From: Trueperaceae bacterium
GTDB lineage: Bacteria > Deinococcota > Deinococci > Deinococcales > Trueperaceae
Length of the DNA stretch: 64,000 nt
NCBI GenBank assembly: GCA_965215565.1
Contig: CBDCDZ010000004.1
Location: forward strand, 128,001 to 192,000
Reading direction: 5' to 3'
Shown: positions 10,937 to 19,519 of the stretch, one piece after another
How positions within the stretch are numbered: the stretch's first letter is position 1
Layout: each line of letters starts with the position of its first letter
Translations under genes and position numbers: made by a program
Notes under the pieces: model-generated
Database searches by the model: none
The model's input: only the letters and a program-made list of their open reading frames with translations
Told to the model about the DNA's origin: nothing

Positions 10937-11056
10937 AATGTACTAACCGCTTTGGTACATCTATCTCTACCTTTTTGGGTGGAGGATGCGTTTTAATGCT
11001 GGGGGACGGGCTAACGGTCTCTCTGCCGGGGGGTAGAAGCGAGATGGGTTGCTCCT

Positions 11057-12076
11057 ATGCACCCATCTTTTTTACGCCGCAGGAGAGGCACCTCTGCACG
11101 TCACGGGAGGCAGCCTTTGACGCAGCACGCAGCGAATACACCTGAACATCAGTGGGGCGGACCAGACAACCCCACCCCAATTTCTCTCGCCACCGTGCTG
11201 GGTGAGCCCGCGCTGCTCAGCCGAGCCGCGCTCGACGCGCTCGAGCAGCCCCTCGTGGTGGTGGACAAGCAGGGGACGCTCAGGGCGACCAACTGGGCCT
11301 GGCGGCGCTTTCGCCGCGCGCTGGGTCACCCCGCCGACGCCCTCGTCGGCAGGTCGTTTGCGGAGATGTGCTTGCAGGACGCGGCCGCGAACGACGGGGC
11401 GAACCGCGAGGACGCCTCGTCGCTCTACGCCGGGCTCGTGGCGGTTCTATCAAACCGCTTGGCGCGGTGCTCGCTCGAGCTGACCTACGCCGGGCGCACC
11501 TTTGCGGTCACCCTCACGCCGCTGCCGGACGCGGCTGGGGCCGTGATCGCGTACTTCGAGATTACCGAGCGCAAAAACTACGAGGCGCGTATTGAGCGTC
11601 TCGCGAACCACGACCCCTTGACCGGGCTCTTCAACCGGCGCTTCTTCACCCTAGAAGCGGAAAAAATCCTGGCGTTGGCTCAGCGTGAAGAGGGCGGTTT
11701 CGCCCTGCTCTTCCTCGACTTAGACCGCTTCAAAAGGGTCAACGACGGCTTCGGTCACGTTTTTGGAGACGCGCTTTTAGGCGAGGTTGCGAAGCGGCTA
11801 AGCGCGTGTACACGCGCGAGCGACCTCTTAGCGCGGCTCTCGGGCGACGAGTTCGTGGTGCTTTTACAGCACGTCTCGCCTCGTGACATGCAAAAGGCAG
11901 TGACGCGCTATCAGGCGTGCTTCGCGCGTCCTTTCGTGGTGCGGGGGGAAGAGGTCGGGCTCGCGGGGAGTTTCGGCGCAGCCCACTATCCCGGCGACGG
12001 CAGTACCTTGGCTGACTTACTGGATCAAGCTGACCGGAGGATGTATAGGGCGAAAAGGGCGGATGGTCGAGGGTGA
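11057..12076 (+). CDS. PAS-like plus diguanylate cyclase domain protein (SGDEF variant); start uncertain
   Basis: HDPLTGLFNRR, DLDRFKRVND, ARLSGDEF, ADRRMYRAK. Confidence 0.88.
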   Translation: MHPSFLRRRRGTSARHGRQPLTQHAANTPEHQWGGPDNPTPISLATVLGEPALLSRAALDALEQPLVVVDKQGTLRATNWAWRRFRRALGHPADALVGRSFAEMCLQDAAANDGANREDASSLYAGLVAVLSNRLARCSLELTYAGRTFAVTLTPLPDAAGAVIAYFEITERKNYEARIERLANHDPLTGLFNRRFFTLEAEKILALAQREEGGFALLFLDLDRFKRVNDGFGHVFGDALLGEVAKRLSACTRASDLLARLSGDEFVVLLQHVSPRDMQKAVTRYQACFARPFVVRGEEVGLAGSFGAAHYPGDGSTLADLLDQADRRMYRAKRADGRG

Positions 12077-12360
12077 ACAGCGCCCCAACACAGAGCCTAC
12101 CTAAGCGCGTGCTCCGCGACGCGCACATCGCCGCCCTGACGCGGACCTTTCGGCGGCTGGATGACCTCTTGGGTGACCTCCGCGCGCTTGCCGGCGAAGC
12201 TGTCTACCGGGACGCCGCGCAGAGCGTCGCGTTGTTCAAAGAGGGGGCAGCGGCGGCCTACCTCGACCTCGCCGAACTCACGGTGCTAAGAGATGAGGTC
12301 GAGCGCTTTACAGTTGCGCTCGCCCGCAAGGTGGAGGCGCGGCGCGGGCGGGTCAACTAA
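12073..12360 (+). CDS. Small hypothetical helical protein, translationally coupled to the GGDEF gene
   Basis: GTGA overlap with the upstream stop; coding-like composition; no recognised motif. Confidence 0.5.
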   Translation: MNSAPTQSLPKRVLRDAHIAALTRTFRRLDDLLGDLRALAGEAVYRDAAQSVALFKEGAAAAYLDLAELTVLRDEVERFTVALARKVEARRGRVN

Positions 12361-12622
12361 GGCGCGTTGCGCGTTAGGGGGGATCATGTAATTAGTCAAT
12401 GTGTTGAAATAGGGTAGATAGTGGGGCTGCTCGAGACTATAGTCACTCTATCTCCGAAGCTTCAAGCCCACGCCACCCAGCTAGAAACCACCAGGCCAGC
12501 CAGAAACCATCAGGGAAGAAGCCTTCACGCCGCCCCTCAAACTACTCGTCCTGTCAATATGGACAGTAGAGGTGCGGTTGAACGCCCAACTCAAAGCTGT
12601 CCAATAGCGAAAGGAAGATTTT

Positions 12623-12829
12623 ATGTCCGTTATCAAGGTAATCGAAGTATTAGCCCAGTCCCCCGACAGTTTCGACGACGCGGTTAAAGAGGCGCTTAAA
12701 GAGGCGTCTAAGTCGGTGCAGGGCATCCAGAACATCTATGTCAAGGAGATGCAAGCGGTGGTCGAGAACGACCAAATCACGATGTACCGCGTCAACGCTA
12801 AGGTCTCGTTCGCGGTGGGCGAGGCCTGA
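12623..12829 (+). CDS. Dodecin family protein
   Basis: SVIKVIEVLAQSPDSFDDAV...YRVNAKVSF, 68 aa; AAGGAAG RBS. Confidence 0.9.
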   Translation: MSVIKVIEVLAQSPDSFDDAVKEALKEASKSVQGIQNIYVKEMQAVVENDQITMYRVNAKVSFAVGEA

Positions 12830-12839
12830 TCTCGAGCGA

Positions 12840-12878
12840 GCGGAGGATGTCAACGTATGACATCCTCCGCTTATTTTG
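12840..12878 (+). terminator. Intrinsic terminator after dodecin
   Basis: gcggaggatgtca-loop-tgacatcctccgc followed by ttatttt. Confidence 0.75.
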
Positions 12879-12941
12879 ACCGTTGGCTCAAAGAGGATTG
12901 ACGTGAGCGACGTAATTTCAGTATAGGTGTGGTGGCGTACG

Positions 12942-13589
12942 GTGTTTGAAGACCGACACGGCGCGGGGCGCGAGTTGGCGGCAGCGCTCGGAGACTACGG
13001 CGCAGACACGCTAGTTCTAGCGTTGCCGCGAGGCGGTGTGCCTGTCGCTTTTGAGATTGCTAAGACGCTCAGCGCATCCCTCGATGTATTCGTTGTGCGT
13101 AAACTCGGGGTGCCAGGCCGCGAGGAGTTGGCTTTAGGCGCGATTGCCACGGGCGGCGTGCAAGTACGCAACGAAGACCTCATCGCGAGGTTGGGTTTGA
13201 CCGAAGCGGCGATTGGGGCGGTCACCGAGCGCGAGCGGCTCGAGCTGGCGCGGCGCGAAGACCTCTACCGAGGCGAGCGCGGTTCCCTCGATCTTGAAGG
13301 TCGCTCGGTCATCCTCGTTGATGACGGTTTAGCCACGGGCGCAACCATGCGGGCCGCCGTCGCCGCTTGCCGGGCGCTAAAGCCGGAGCATCTCGCCGTC
13401 GCCGCGCCGCTAGGCTCCCCGGACACCTGCGCTCAGCTCGAGCGTGAGGTTGATAAGGTCGTCTGCCTTGAGAGTCCGCAGCCTTTTCATGGAGTCGGCA
13501 GGTGGTACGCGCACTTCCCGCAGGTCACGGACGGCGAGGTCAAGGCGCTTTTAGATGAGGCCACCACCTGGTCTTTAACAAAGGAATAG
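12942..13589 (+). CDS. Type I phosphoribosyltransferase family protein
   Basis: FEDRHGAGRELA, LPRGGVPVA, VDDGLATGAT PRPP loop. Confidence 0.88.
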   Translation: MFEDRHGAGRELAAALGDYGADTLVLALPRGGVPVAFEIAKTLSASLDVFVVRKLGVPGREELALGAIATGGVQVRNEDLIARLGLTEAAIGAVTERERLELARREDLYRGERGSLDLEGRSVILVDDGLATGATMRAAVAACRALKPEHLAVAAPLGSPDTCAQLEREVDKVVCLESPQPFHGVGRWYAHFPQVTDGEVKALLDEATTWSLTKE

Positions 13590-13724
13590 AGCGGTTATTA
13601 GAAGTACTGAGCTTGAATCACGCAGATATCATTCCTTAAAGTGCGTGCTGCTTACGCAGTTTTCACACAGTGAAACGATGTTTTATCTCGTGAGATTGGC
13701 TCAAACCAGATGGTACCTGCTATA
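13589..13724 (-). mobile_element. Family A MITE-like repeat
   Basis: gtactgagcttgaatcacgcagatatcatt...gtgcgtgctg...ccagatggtacctgctata. Confidence 0.8.
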
Positions 13725-13742
13725 GAGCGTTCAGGAGGTTAT

Positions 13743-14939
13743 ATGAAGCGATTATTTACACTCACTACAGCGTTGTTGCTGACGGGCGCTTACGCTCAGA
13801 CAGGTGGACTATCAGGTGGCGTCACTGGGGGCGCACCTCCTCTAGCCGACCTGCCCGACCGCCGAGCCGTGAGCGAACCCGAAGTCGTCGCCACCTTTCC
13901 CGAGCTGATGCCCACAGGCGTCACGGCGTCCGAGGACGGGCGCGTGTTCGTCAACTTCCCGCGCTGGGAAGAGGGGGTGCCTACAACCGTCGCGGAGATC
14001 GTAGACGGCGAAGTTGTACCGTATCCCGACGCAGAGACGAACCAACTGGATGAGAGCGCACCCCTGGAGCACTTCATCTCGGTTCAGAGCGTGGTCATCG
14101 GTCCAGCGGGGCGGCTCTGGGTGCTCGACACCGGGCGGCCCCTTTTCCAGACGCCGCCCTTAGGACCTAAGCTCGTCGCTGTCGACCTAGAGACGAACGA
14201 AGTTGTCCAGACGGTCTCGCTTGCGGACAGCCCCGCTGTCTTGGACACGACTTACCTCAATGACGTGCGCTTCGACCTGCGTAAAGGTGAGGCGGGCTTA
14301 GCCTTCATTACCGACTCCTCGGGCTCTGGTCCGAACGCGATCATCGTGGTGGACTTAGCGAGCGGTGAGGCGTGGCGGCAGCTAGAAGGCCACCCTTCTG
14401 TTCAGGCCGAGCCCGACTTCTTGCCCATCGTCGAAGGGCGGGCGCTCCTCAGCAACCCGGGCGACGCGCCCGCGAGCTACCTCAGTACCGGGGCAGATGG
14501 TATCGCCATTACCCCTGACAGGCTCTTCTACCGCGCCTTAGCAAGCCGCCACCTCTACAGCGTGCCGCTGGACGCGCTTGCCGAGCGAGATATAGACCCG
14601 CAAGAGTTAGCGGGCATGGTCACGGACTACGGCGACTTGGGCTTCGCCTCGGACGGCTTAGAGTCCGACGACGCGGGCCGCATCTACCTGACCGACTTTG
14701 AAAACGGCGCGGTGCACCGCTTCACCCCGGACGCGCCCCTAGCCGAGCGCTGGGAGACGATTCTCTACACGAACCAGATCATCTGGCCGGACACTTTGGA
14801 CCTCGTGAATGGTGCCTTGTACCTCACCATCAATCAGCTCAACCGCCAGCCCAGCTATCAGAACGGCGAGGACTTGCGCCGTCCGCCCTATGTGCTCTTT
14901 CGCACGGACGTAGACGCCGCGCCCGTGCAGCTCAGATAA
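13743..14939 (+). CDS. Secreted MRJP/yellow-like (SMP-30/gluconolactonase-type) beta-propeller protein
   Basis: Signal peptide; FVNFPRW, ISVQSVV, LWVLDTG, YLNDVRFD, WPDT motifs; ATG 13743 after GGAGG. Confidence 0.88.
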   Translation: MKRLFTLTTALLLTGAYAQTGGLSGGVTGGAPPLADLPDRRAVSEPEVVATFPELMPTGVTASEDGRVFVNFPRWEEGVPTTVAEIVDGEVVPYPDAETNQLDESAPLEHFISVQSVVIGPAGRLWVLDTGRPLFQTPPLGPKLVAVDLETNEVVQTVSLADSPAVLDTTYLNDVRFDLRKGEAGLAFITDSSGSGPNAIIVVDLASGEAWRQLEGHPSVQAEPDFLPIVEGRALLSNPGDAPASYLSTGADGIAITPDRLFYRALASRHLYSVPLDALAERDIDPQELAGMVTDYGDLGFASDGLESDDAGRIYLTDFENGAVHRFTPDAPLAERWETILYTNQIIWPDTLDLVNGALYLTINQLNRQPSYQNGEDLRRPPYVLFRTDVDAAPVQLR

Positions 14940-14942
14940 CGG

Positions 14943-16181
14943 ATGACGCTTCCCAGAGACAGCCGCCCGAACAGCACCCTAGCCCTCCTGCGCCGCCCCT
15001 ACACCTTTATCTCCGAAGGATGCGAGCGCCACCACAGCGACGTGTTCGAAACCCGCTTGCTTTTGCAGCCTTTCACCTGTATGCGCGGCAAGGAGGCCGC
15101 TAGGCTCTTCTACGACACCTCGCGCTTTAGGCGTTCAGGCGTCGCACCAGGGCGGGTGCAGAAGACGCTCTTCGGACAGGGCGGCGTGCAGGGCTTAGAC
15201 GGCGAGGTTCACAAGCGCCGCAAGGCGATGTTCATGTCGCTGATGACGCGAAAGAAGATTCAGCGGCTCGTGCAGATTACCGAGGGAGCGTGGCGCGAGG
15301 CGGCGGCGCGGTGGGAGCGGCAGGGCGAGGTCGTGCTCTTCTACGAGGTGCGCGAACTTCTGTGCTGCGCGGTGTGCACCTGGGCCGGTGTCCCCCTCCT
15401 AGAAGCCGAAGTGAAGAGAAGAACGGACGACTTCGGCGCGATGATCGACGGCGCGGGCGGGGCCGGACCGAGGCATTGGCGCGGCAGGCGGGCGCGGCAG
15501 AGGGCAAACCGGTGGATTGAAGGGATTATCGCCGAGGTGCGCGCTCGCAGGCTCGAGCCCCCCAAAGGCAGCGCCCTCGCCGTCGTCAGTTGGCACCGCG
15601 ACCTGAGCGGGGCGTTGCTAGAAGGGCGTGTGGCAGCGGTTGAACTCATCAACGTGCTGCGGCCCGTCGTCGCGGTGGACCGCTACATCGCGTTCACGGC
15701 GCTGGCGCTCTTTGAACACCCAGGGAGCTGGGTGAGGCTGAGGACCGAGGCGGACGGCCTCGAGTTCGTCCAGGAGGTGCGCCGCGTCTACCCCTTTTTT
15801 CCCTTTGTCGCCGCGCAGGTAAAGCGCGACTTCGAGTGGCGGGGCTACCCCTTTCCTGCAGGGCGCAAGGTGCTCCTTGACCTCTACAGTACCAACCGCG
15901 ACCCTCGCGTGTGGCGGGAGCCAGAGGCGTTCCAGCCCGAACGCTTCCGCACGTGGGACGGGAGCGCTTACAACTTCATCCCGCAAGGCGGCGGCGATCA
16001 CTTCGAAAACCACCGCTGCGCTGGAGAGTGGATCACGATTGCCCTTATGAAAGGGGCGCTAGACTTCTTGACCGGGTCGCTGCGCTACACCGTGCCGGAG
16101 CAGGACTTGAGCGTCAACTTGTCGAGACTGCCCGCCGTGCCGACGAGCCGCTTCGTCATCCGCGAGGTGCGGCGGGTTTAA
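14943..16181 (+). CDS. Cytochrome P450, CYP152 fatty-acid peroxygenase type
   Basis: ELINVLRP (Arg-Pro), QEVRRVYPFFP, PQGGG...HRCAGE heme Cys. Confidence 0.9.
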   Translation: MTLPRDSRPNSTLALLRRPYTFISEGCERHHSDVFETRLLLQPFTCMRGKEAARLFYDTSRFRRSGVAPGRVQKTLFGQGGVQGLDGEVHKRRKAMFMSLMTRKKIQRLVQITEGAWREAAARWERQGEVVLFYEVRELLCCAVCTWAGVPLLEAEVKRRTDDFGAMIDGAGGAGPRHWRGRRARQRANRWIEGIIAEVRARRLEPPKGSALAVVSWHRDLSGALLEGRVAAVELINVLRPVVAVDRYIAFTALALFEHPGSWVRLRTEADGLEFVQEVRRVYPFFPFVAAQVKRDFEWRGYPFPAGRKVLLDLYSTNRDPRVWREPEAFQPERFRTWDGSAYNFIPQGGGDHFENHRCAGEWITIALMKGALDFLTGSLRYTVPEQDLSVNLSRLPAVPTSRFVIREVRRV

Positions 16182-16294
16182 TATAGCAGGTATCATCTGG
16201 TCAGAAACACGCTCACTATAGAAAACACTGTTTAGCACGCACGTTCAGGGATGATGCCTGCGGCACTTCGTCTTAGTATGTCGTGGAATTGCTA
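16182..16294 (+). mobile_element. Family A MITE-like repeat, directly after the P450 stop codon
   Basis: tatagcaggtatcatctggtcag...tttagcacgcac...gatgatgcctgcg...ggaattgcta. Confidence 0.88.
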
Positions 16295-16327
16295 ACCCAT
16301 GTATTCAGTACTTAAAGGGGGCTAAAG

Positions 16328-16705
16328 ATGACAAAACCGTTAGGACATAAACGTTGGGCCATCGCCGAGGGCTACATCCCGAGCTGGAGCCACGGCCCGG
16401 AGCCGGAACTGGCGAGCCACGAGACTGCGTGTTTGCTCAATACCTCGGACAAGGAGGCGCACGTCGAGATCACGCTCTACTTCGCGGAGCGCGAGCCTGT
16501 CGGTCCCTACCGCGTCACCGTGCCGCCGAGACGCACCTTGCACTTGCGCTTGGATGAACTGGGGGACCCCGAACCCGTGCCGAGAGACACCGACTACGCG
16601 AGCGTTTTAGAGTCGGACGTGCCCGTCGTGGTGCAGCATAGCCGCCTCGACTCCCGTCAGGCCGAGAACGCCCTGCTTTCGACAGTGGCGTACAGCGAAG
16701 GTTGA
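16328..16705 (+). CDS. Sensory rhodopsin transducer (ASRT)-like protein
   Basis: GHKRWAIAEGYIP...SHETACLLN...RRTLHLR...VVQHSRLDSRQAENAL. Confidence 0.85.
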   Translation: MTKPLGHKRWAIAEGYIPSWSHGPEPELASHETACLLNTSDKEAHVEITLYFAEREPVGPYRVTVPPRRTLHLRLDELGDPEPVPRDTDYASVLESDVPVVVQHSRLDSRQAENALLSTVAYSEG

Positions 16706-16723
16706 GCAGTCACGACTGAGTAA

Positions 16724-16833
16724 TATGGATTCCGGTTGATTACTGCATAAACTCCGTTATGAAATTTTGCTTCCAGCAAACGCTTCGCGCTTCTACGGAG
16801 ACGGAGTTGATTCCGTGCTCACCGGAATCCGTA
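16724..16833. repeat. Family C short element with TA(T/C)GGATTCCG terminal inverted repeats
   Basis: tatggattccggt...accggaatccgta; a minimal relative sits at 58808-58839. Confidence 0.65.
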
Positions 16834-16850
16834 CTTTTTCATCTCGCAAG

Positions 16851-17022
16851 AGAGTCCTCAGCGAGAGGTATCGTTACGGGCAGGCCGCCCTGCCGTTGCA
16901 TCTTTCAATCTACGCGCGTAGATAACGGCTCAGTGTGCAGTCGCGTGGACCGCTCCCGCTAGCTGCTGAGGACTCTTCTCCGCTCGGGGTAATTCCTACG
17001 GGAATTACCCGGAAACCGTATA
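16851..17022 (+). repeat. Family D/E repeat (agagtcctcagc...gctgaggactct plus ...ggaattacccggaaaccgtata end)
   Basis: Homologous to 58839-59072. Confidence 0.7.
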
Positions 17023-17098
17023 AAGCGCCCCGAACTCCGAGTTCGGGGCGCAAGGCGTTGGCAGTGCGAACGAACGCTATCTGCCGTGGTTTGGACGA

Positions 17099-17581
17099 CT
17101 ACTCGTCGTAGGTCGCCGCCCTTGACTCGTCCTTGGTGTCGGGCCGGTCCCCTTCAACGAAGTTCTTGATGGACTCTAAAGCCGAGACCAGTCCCTCTTG
17201 CACGTCGTCGCGGTCGGGCGCGTTCTCCGAGGTGTTGTCACCCGGCGGATCGCCCTCTCCGTGAGGGGGTGCGCCCGTAAAGGTGAGGTGCACCGTCACG
17301 TCCGAGCCGCTCCCGTTCTCCGCAATCTCCAGCCAGCCCGTATAGTAGCCTTCGTCCGCGCCCCACTCGAGCCTATAGTTGTCCCGGTCCTCCCGAAAGT
17401 AGCCCTCCGAGTCGTACTCGTGCCCCTGCGCCTCGCCTTTGACCTCAACGCGCTCGCCCTGGCTGGGCTCGGCGCTGTGGGTGGTCGGCAGGTACTTGGG
17501 CAGGTTGCGCACGTCTGCAACGAAGTCCCAGACGCTCTCTGGTGACGCCTCTACGTTGGTGGTGTGTTCAAATTCGCTCAT
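17099..17581 (-). CDS. SRPBCC/polyketide cyclase-like protein
   Basis: VEASPESVWDFVADVRNLPKYLP...RLEWG; GGAGG RBS. Confidence 0.8.
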   Translation of the reverse strand: MSEFEHTTNVEASPESVWDFVADVRNLPKYLPTTHSAEPSQGERVEVKGEAQGHEYDSEGYFREDRDNYRLEWGADEGYYTGWLEIAENGSGSDVTVHLTFTGAPPHGEGDPPGDNTSENAPDRDDVQEGLVSALESIKNFVEGDRPDTKDESRAATYDE

Positions 17582-17806
17582 GCTACCCCTCCAACGCCAA
17601 CGTAGACCCTCTAGGAAGAATCATTATGATTCGCGCCTACAGTCTCTACGCAGGTCTCTGCGCAGGTTTTTGCGCAGCGGCTCACTATAAGACCTTGCGC
17701 GGCGTCGCACTTTCCTAGTCTCGGCTGGGTTTAGAGTGGGCGTAGCGGCGCGCAGGGTTTGTGTTTTTTGCAGGGTCTCATTTTTTGCAGGGTCTCGGGG
17801 GAGCAT

Positions 17807-19477
17807 ATGAGTAACGGTACGTATGACGCTATCGTCGTCGGCGCAGGTCACAACGGTCTCGTGACGGCGCTTTACCTCGCCAAAGCAGGTTGGAAAACGC
17901 TCGTTTTGGAGCGCAACGCGCGGGTGGGCGGCGCGGTGCAGAGCGCTGAAATCACCCGCCCCGGCTTCGTCCACGACCTCTATTCAATGAACCAAAACCT
18001 CTTTTTGGCCTCGAGCGTCTACGGGGAATTCAGCAAAGATTTAGAGCGGCACGGTTTGGAGTACGCTGTCTCGGACAAGCCCTACTGCAACCTCTTCCCA
18101 GGCGGCGAGAGCGTGCGCGTCTACGGCGACGCCGATAAAACGTTGGGGCTCATCCGGGACCGCAATTCCCAAGACGCCGAAGGCTGGGGGCAGCTCTACG
18201 GGCACTACCACAAACTGCAAGAGGCGTTCTTGCCCCTCTACGGCTCGCCGCTCCCGTCAGTACAGATGGGCATGAAGGTGGCGGACGCCGTGCGCAAGGT
18301 GGGCGCGGGCGAGGTCTTAGAACTCACCCGCTTGCTGCTGAATTCCACTCGCGAACTCGGCGAGAGCTTCTTCACGACGAAAGAGATGCAAGCCGTCATC
18401 GCCACCTGGGGGATGCACCTCGACTTCGGGCCGGACGTCTCGGGCGGGGCGCAGTTCCCACTCCTAGAGACCTTTGCGGACATGGAGGAGGGGATGGCGA
18501 TCCCCAAGGGCGGCGCGTCGAAGATGCCGCAAGCCTTGGTGGGTCTCCTCCGCGAGTACGGCGGCGAGGTGCGCACAGAAGCTGAGGTCACGCGCGTCAC
18601 TACGCAGAACGGACGCGCCACCGGTGTCGAACTGGCGAGCGGCGAACGGCTGAGTGCGAAACGCGCCGTCGTCGCCAACCTCACGCCAACGGTACTCTTC
18701 GAGCGGCTGCTGCGTGACGCGCCGCTGCCCAAAGGGTTCCGCCGCGAGGTCAAGCGCTACGAGTACGGCCCCGCCACCATGATGGTTCACTTGGCGCTCC
18801 GAGGTAAGCCGCAATGGGCAGCAGGGGAAGAGATAAGCGACTTCGCCTACGTCCACATCGCGCCCTACGTCGAGGACCTAGCCCGCACCTACACAGACGC
18901 CCTGAACGGTACGCTGCCCGCGAGCCCGCTGCTCATCGTCGGGCAGCCGACTGTATTCGATCTTTCGAGAGCCCCTGACGGCCAGCACATCCTCTGGCTT
19001 CAGGTGCGCACGCTGCCCAGCACCATCCGGGGTGACGCCTTAGGCCGGATTGAAGCCCGCACCTGGGACGAGGCCAAAGAGCCCGTCGCGGAGCGCGTCT
19101 TGGACAAGCTGGAGGCGTACGCGCCGGGCATACGCGACCTCATCTTAGAGCGCGTCGTGTATTCGCCCGCCGACCTAGAGCGCCACAACCCCAACCTCGT
19201 CGGCGGCGACAGCGTAGGCGGAAGTCATCACCTGCGGCAGAACTACTTCTTTAGGCCCATCCAGGGCTGGTCGAACTACAAGATGCCCCTGACCAACCTC
19301 TGGATGGTCGGCGCGGCGACCTGGCCAGGCGGCGGCACGAACGCAACCTCGGGCTATTTGGCGGCGCAAGCACTTTTGTCTCAAGGACGCAGGCGCAAGG
19401 CGCTCGCGGGCGGCGCAGTTGGAGTTGGAGCCCTGGCGCTGGGCGCGTTCGCGGCGCAGGGTTGGACCAAACGCTGA
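17807..19477 (+). CDS. FAD-dependent oxidoreductase, phytoene dehydrogenase-like
   Basis: YDAIVVGAGHNGL dinucleotide-binding motif; SPADLE..NPNLVGGD; GAATWPGGG; hydrophobic C-terminal tail. Confidence 0.85.
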   Translation: MSNGTYDAIVVGAGHNGLVTALYLAKAGWKTLVLERNARVGGAVQSAEITRPGFVHDLYSMNQNLFLASSVYGEFSKDLERHGLEYAVSDKPYCNLFPGGESVRVYGDADKTLGLIRDRNSQDAEGWGQLYGHYHKLQEAFLPLYGSPLPSVQMGMKVADAVRKVGAGEVLELTRLLLNSTRELGESFFTTKEMQAVIATWGMHLDFGPDVSGGAQFPLLETFADMEEGMAIPKGGASKMPQALVGLLREYGGEVRTEAEVTRVTTQNGRATGVELASGERLSAKRAVVANLTPTVLFERLLRDAPLPKGFRREVKRYEYGPATMMVHLALRGKPQWAAGEEISDFAYVHIAPYVEDLARTYTDALNGTLPASPLLIVGQPTVFDLSRAPDGQHILWLQVRTLPSTIRGDALGRIEARTWDEAKEPVAERVLDKLEAYAPGIRDLILERVVYSPADLERHNPNLVGGDSVGGSHHLRQNYFFRPIQGWSNYKMPLTNLWMVGAATWPGGGTNATSGYLAAQALLSQGRRRKALAGGAVGVGALALGAFAAQGWTKR

Positions 19478-19519
19478 CACGCCCGTCAAGAGGTCATGCG
19501 GTAGAGCGGAGGAGATTAT

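Noticed and set aside
3001..16181. Fatty-acid alpha-oxidation pair (hydroxy-acid oxidase plus CYP152)
   Set aside because: The genes are over 10 kb apart with unrelated genes between; no sequence evidence of linkage
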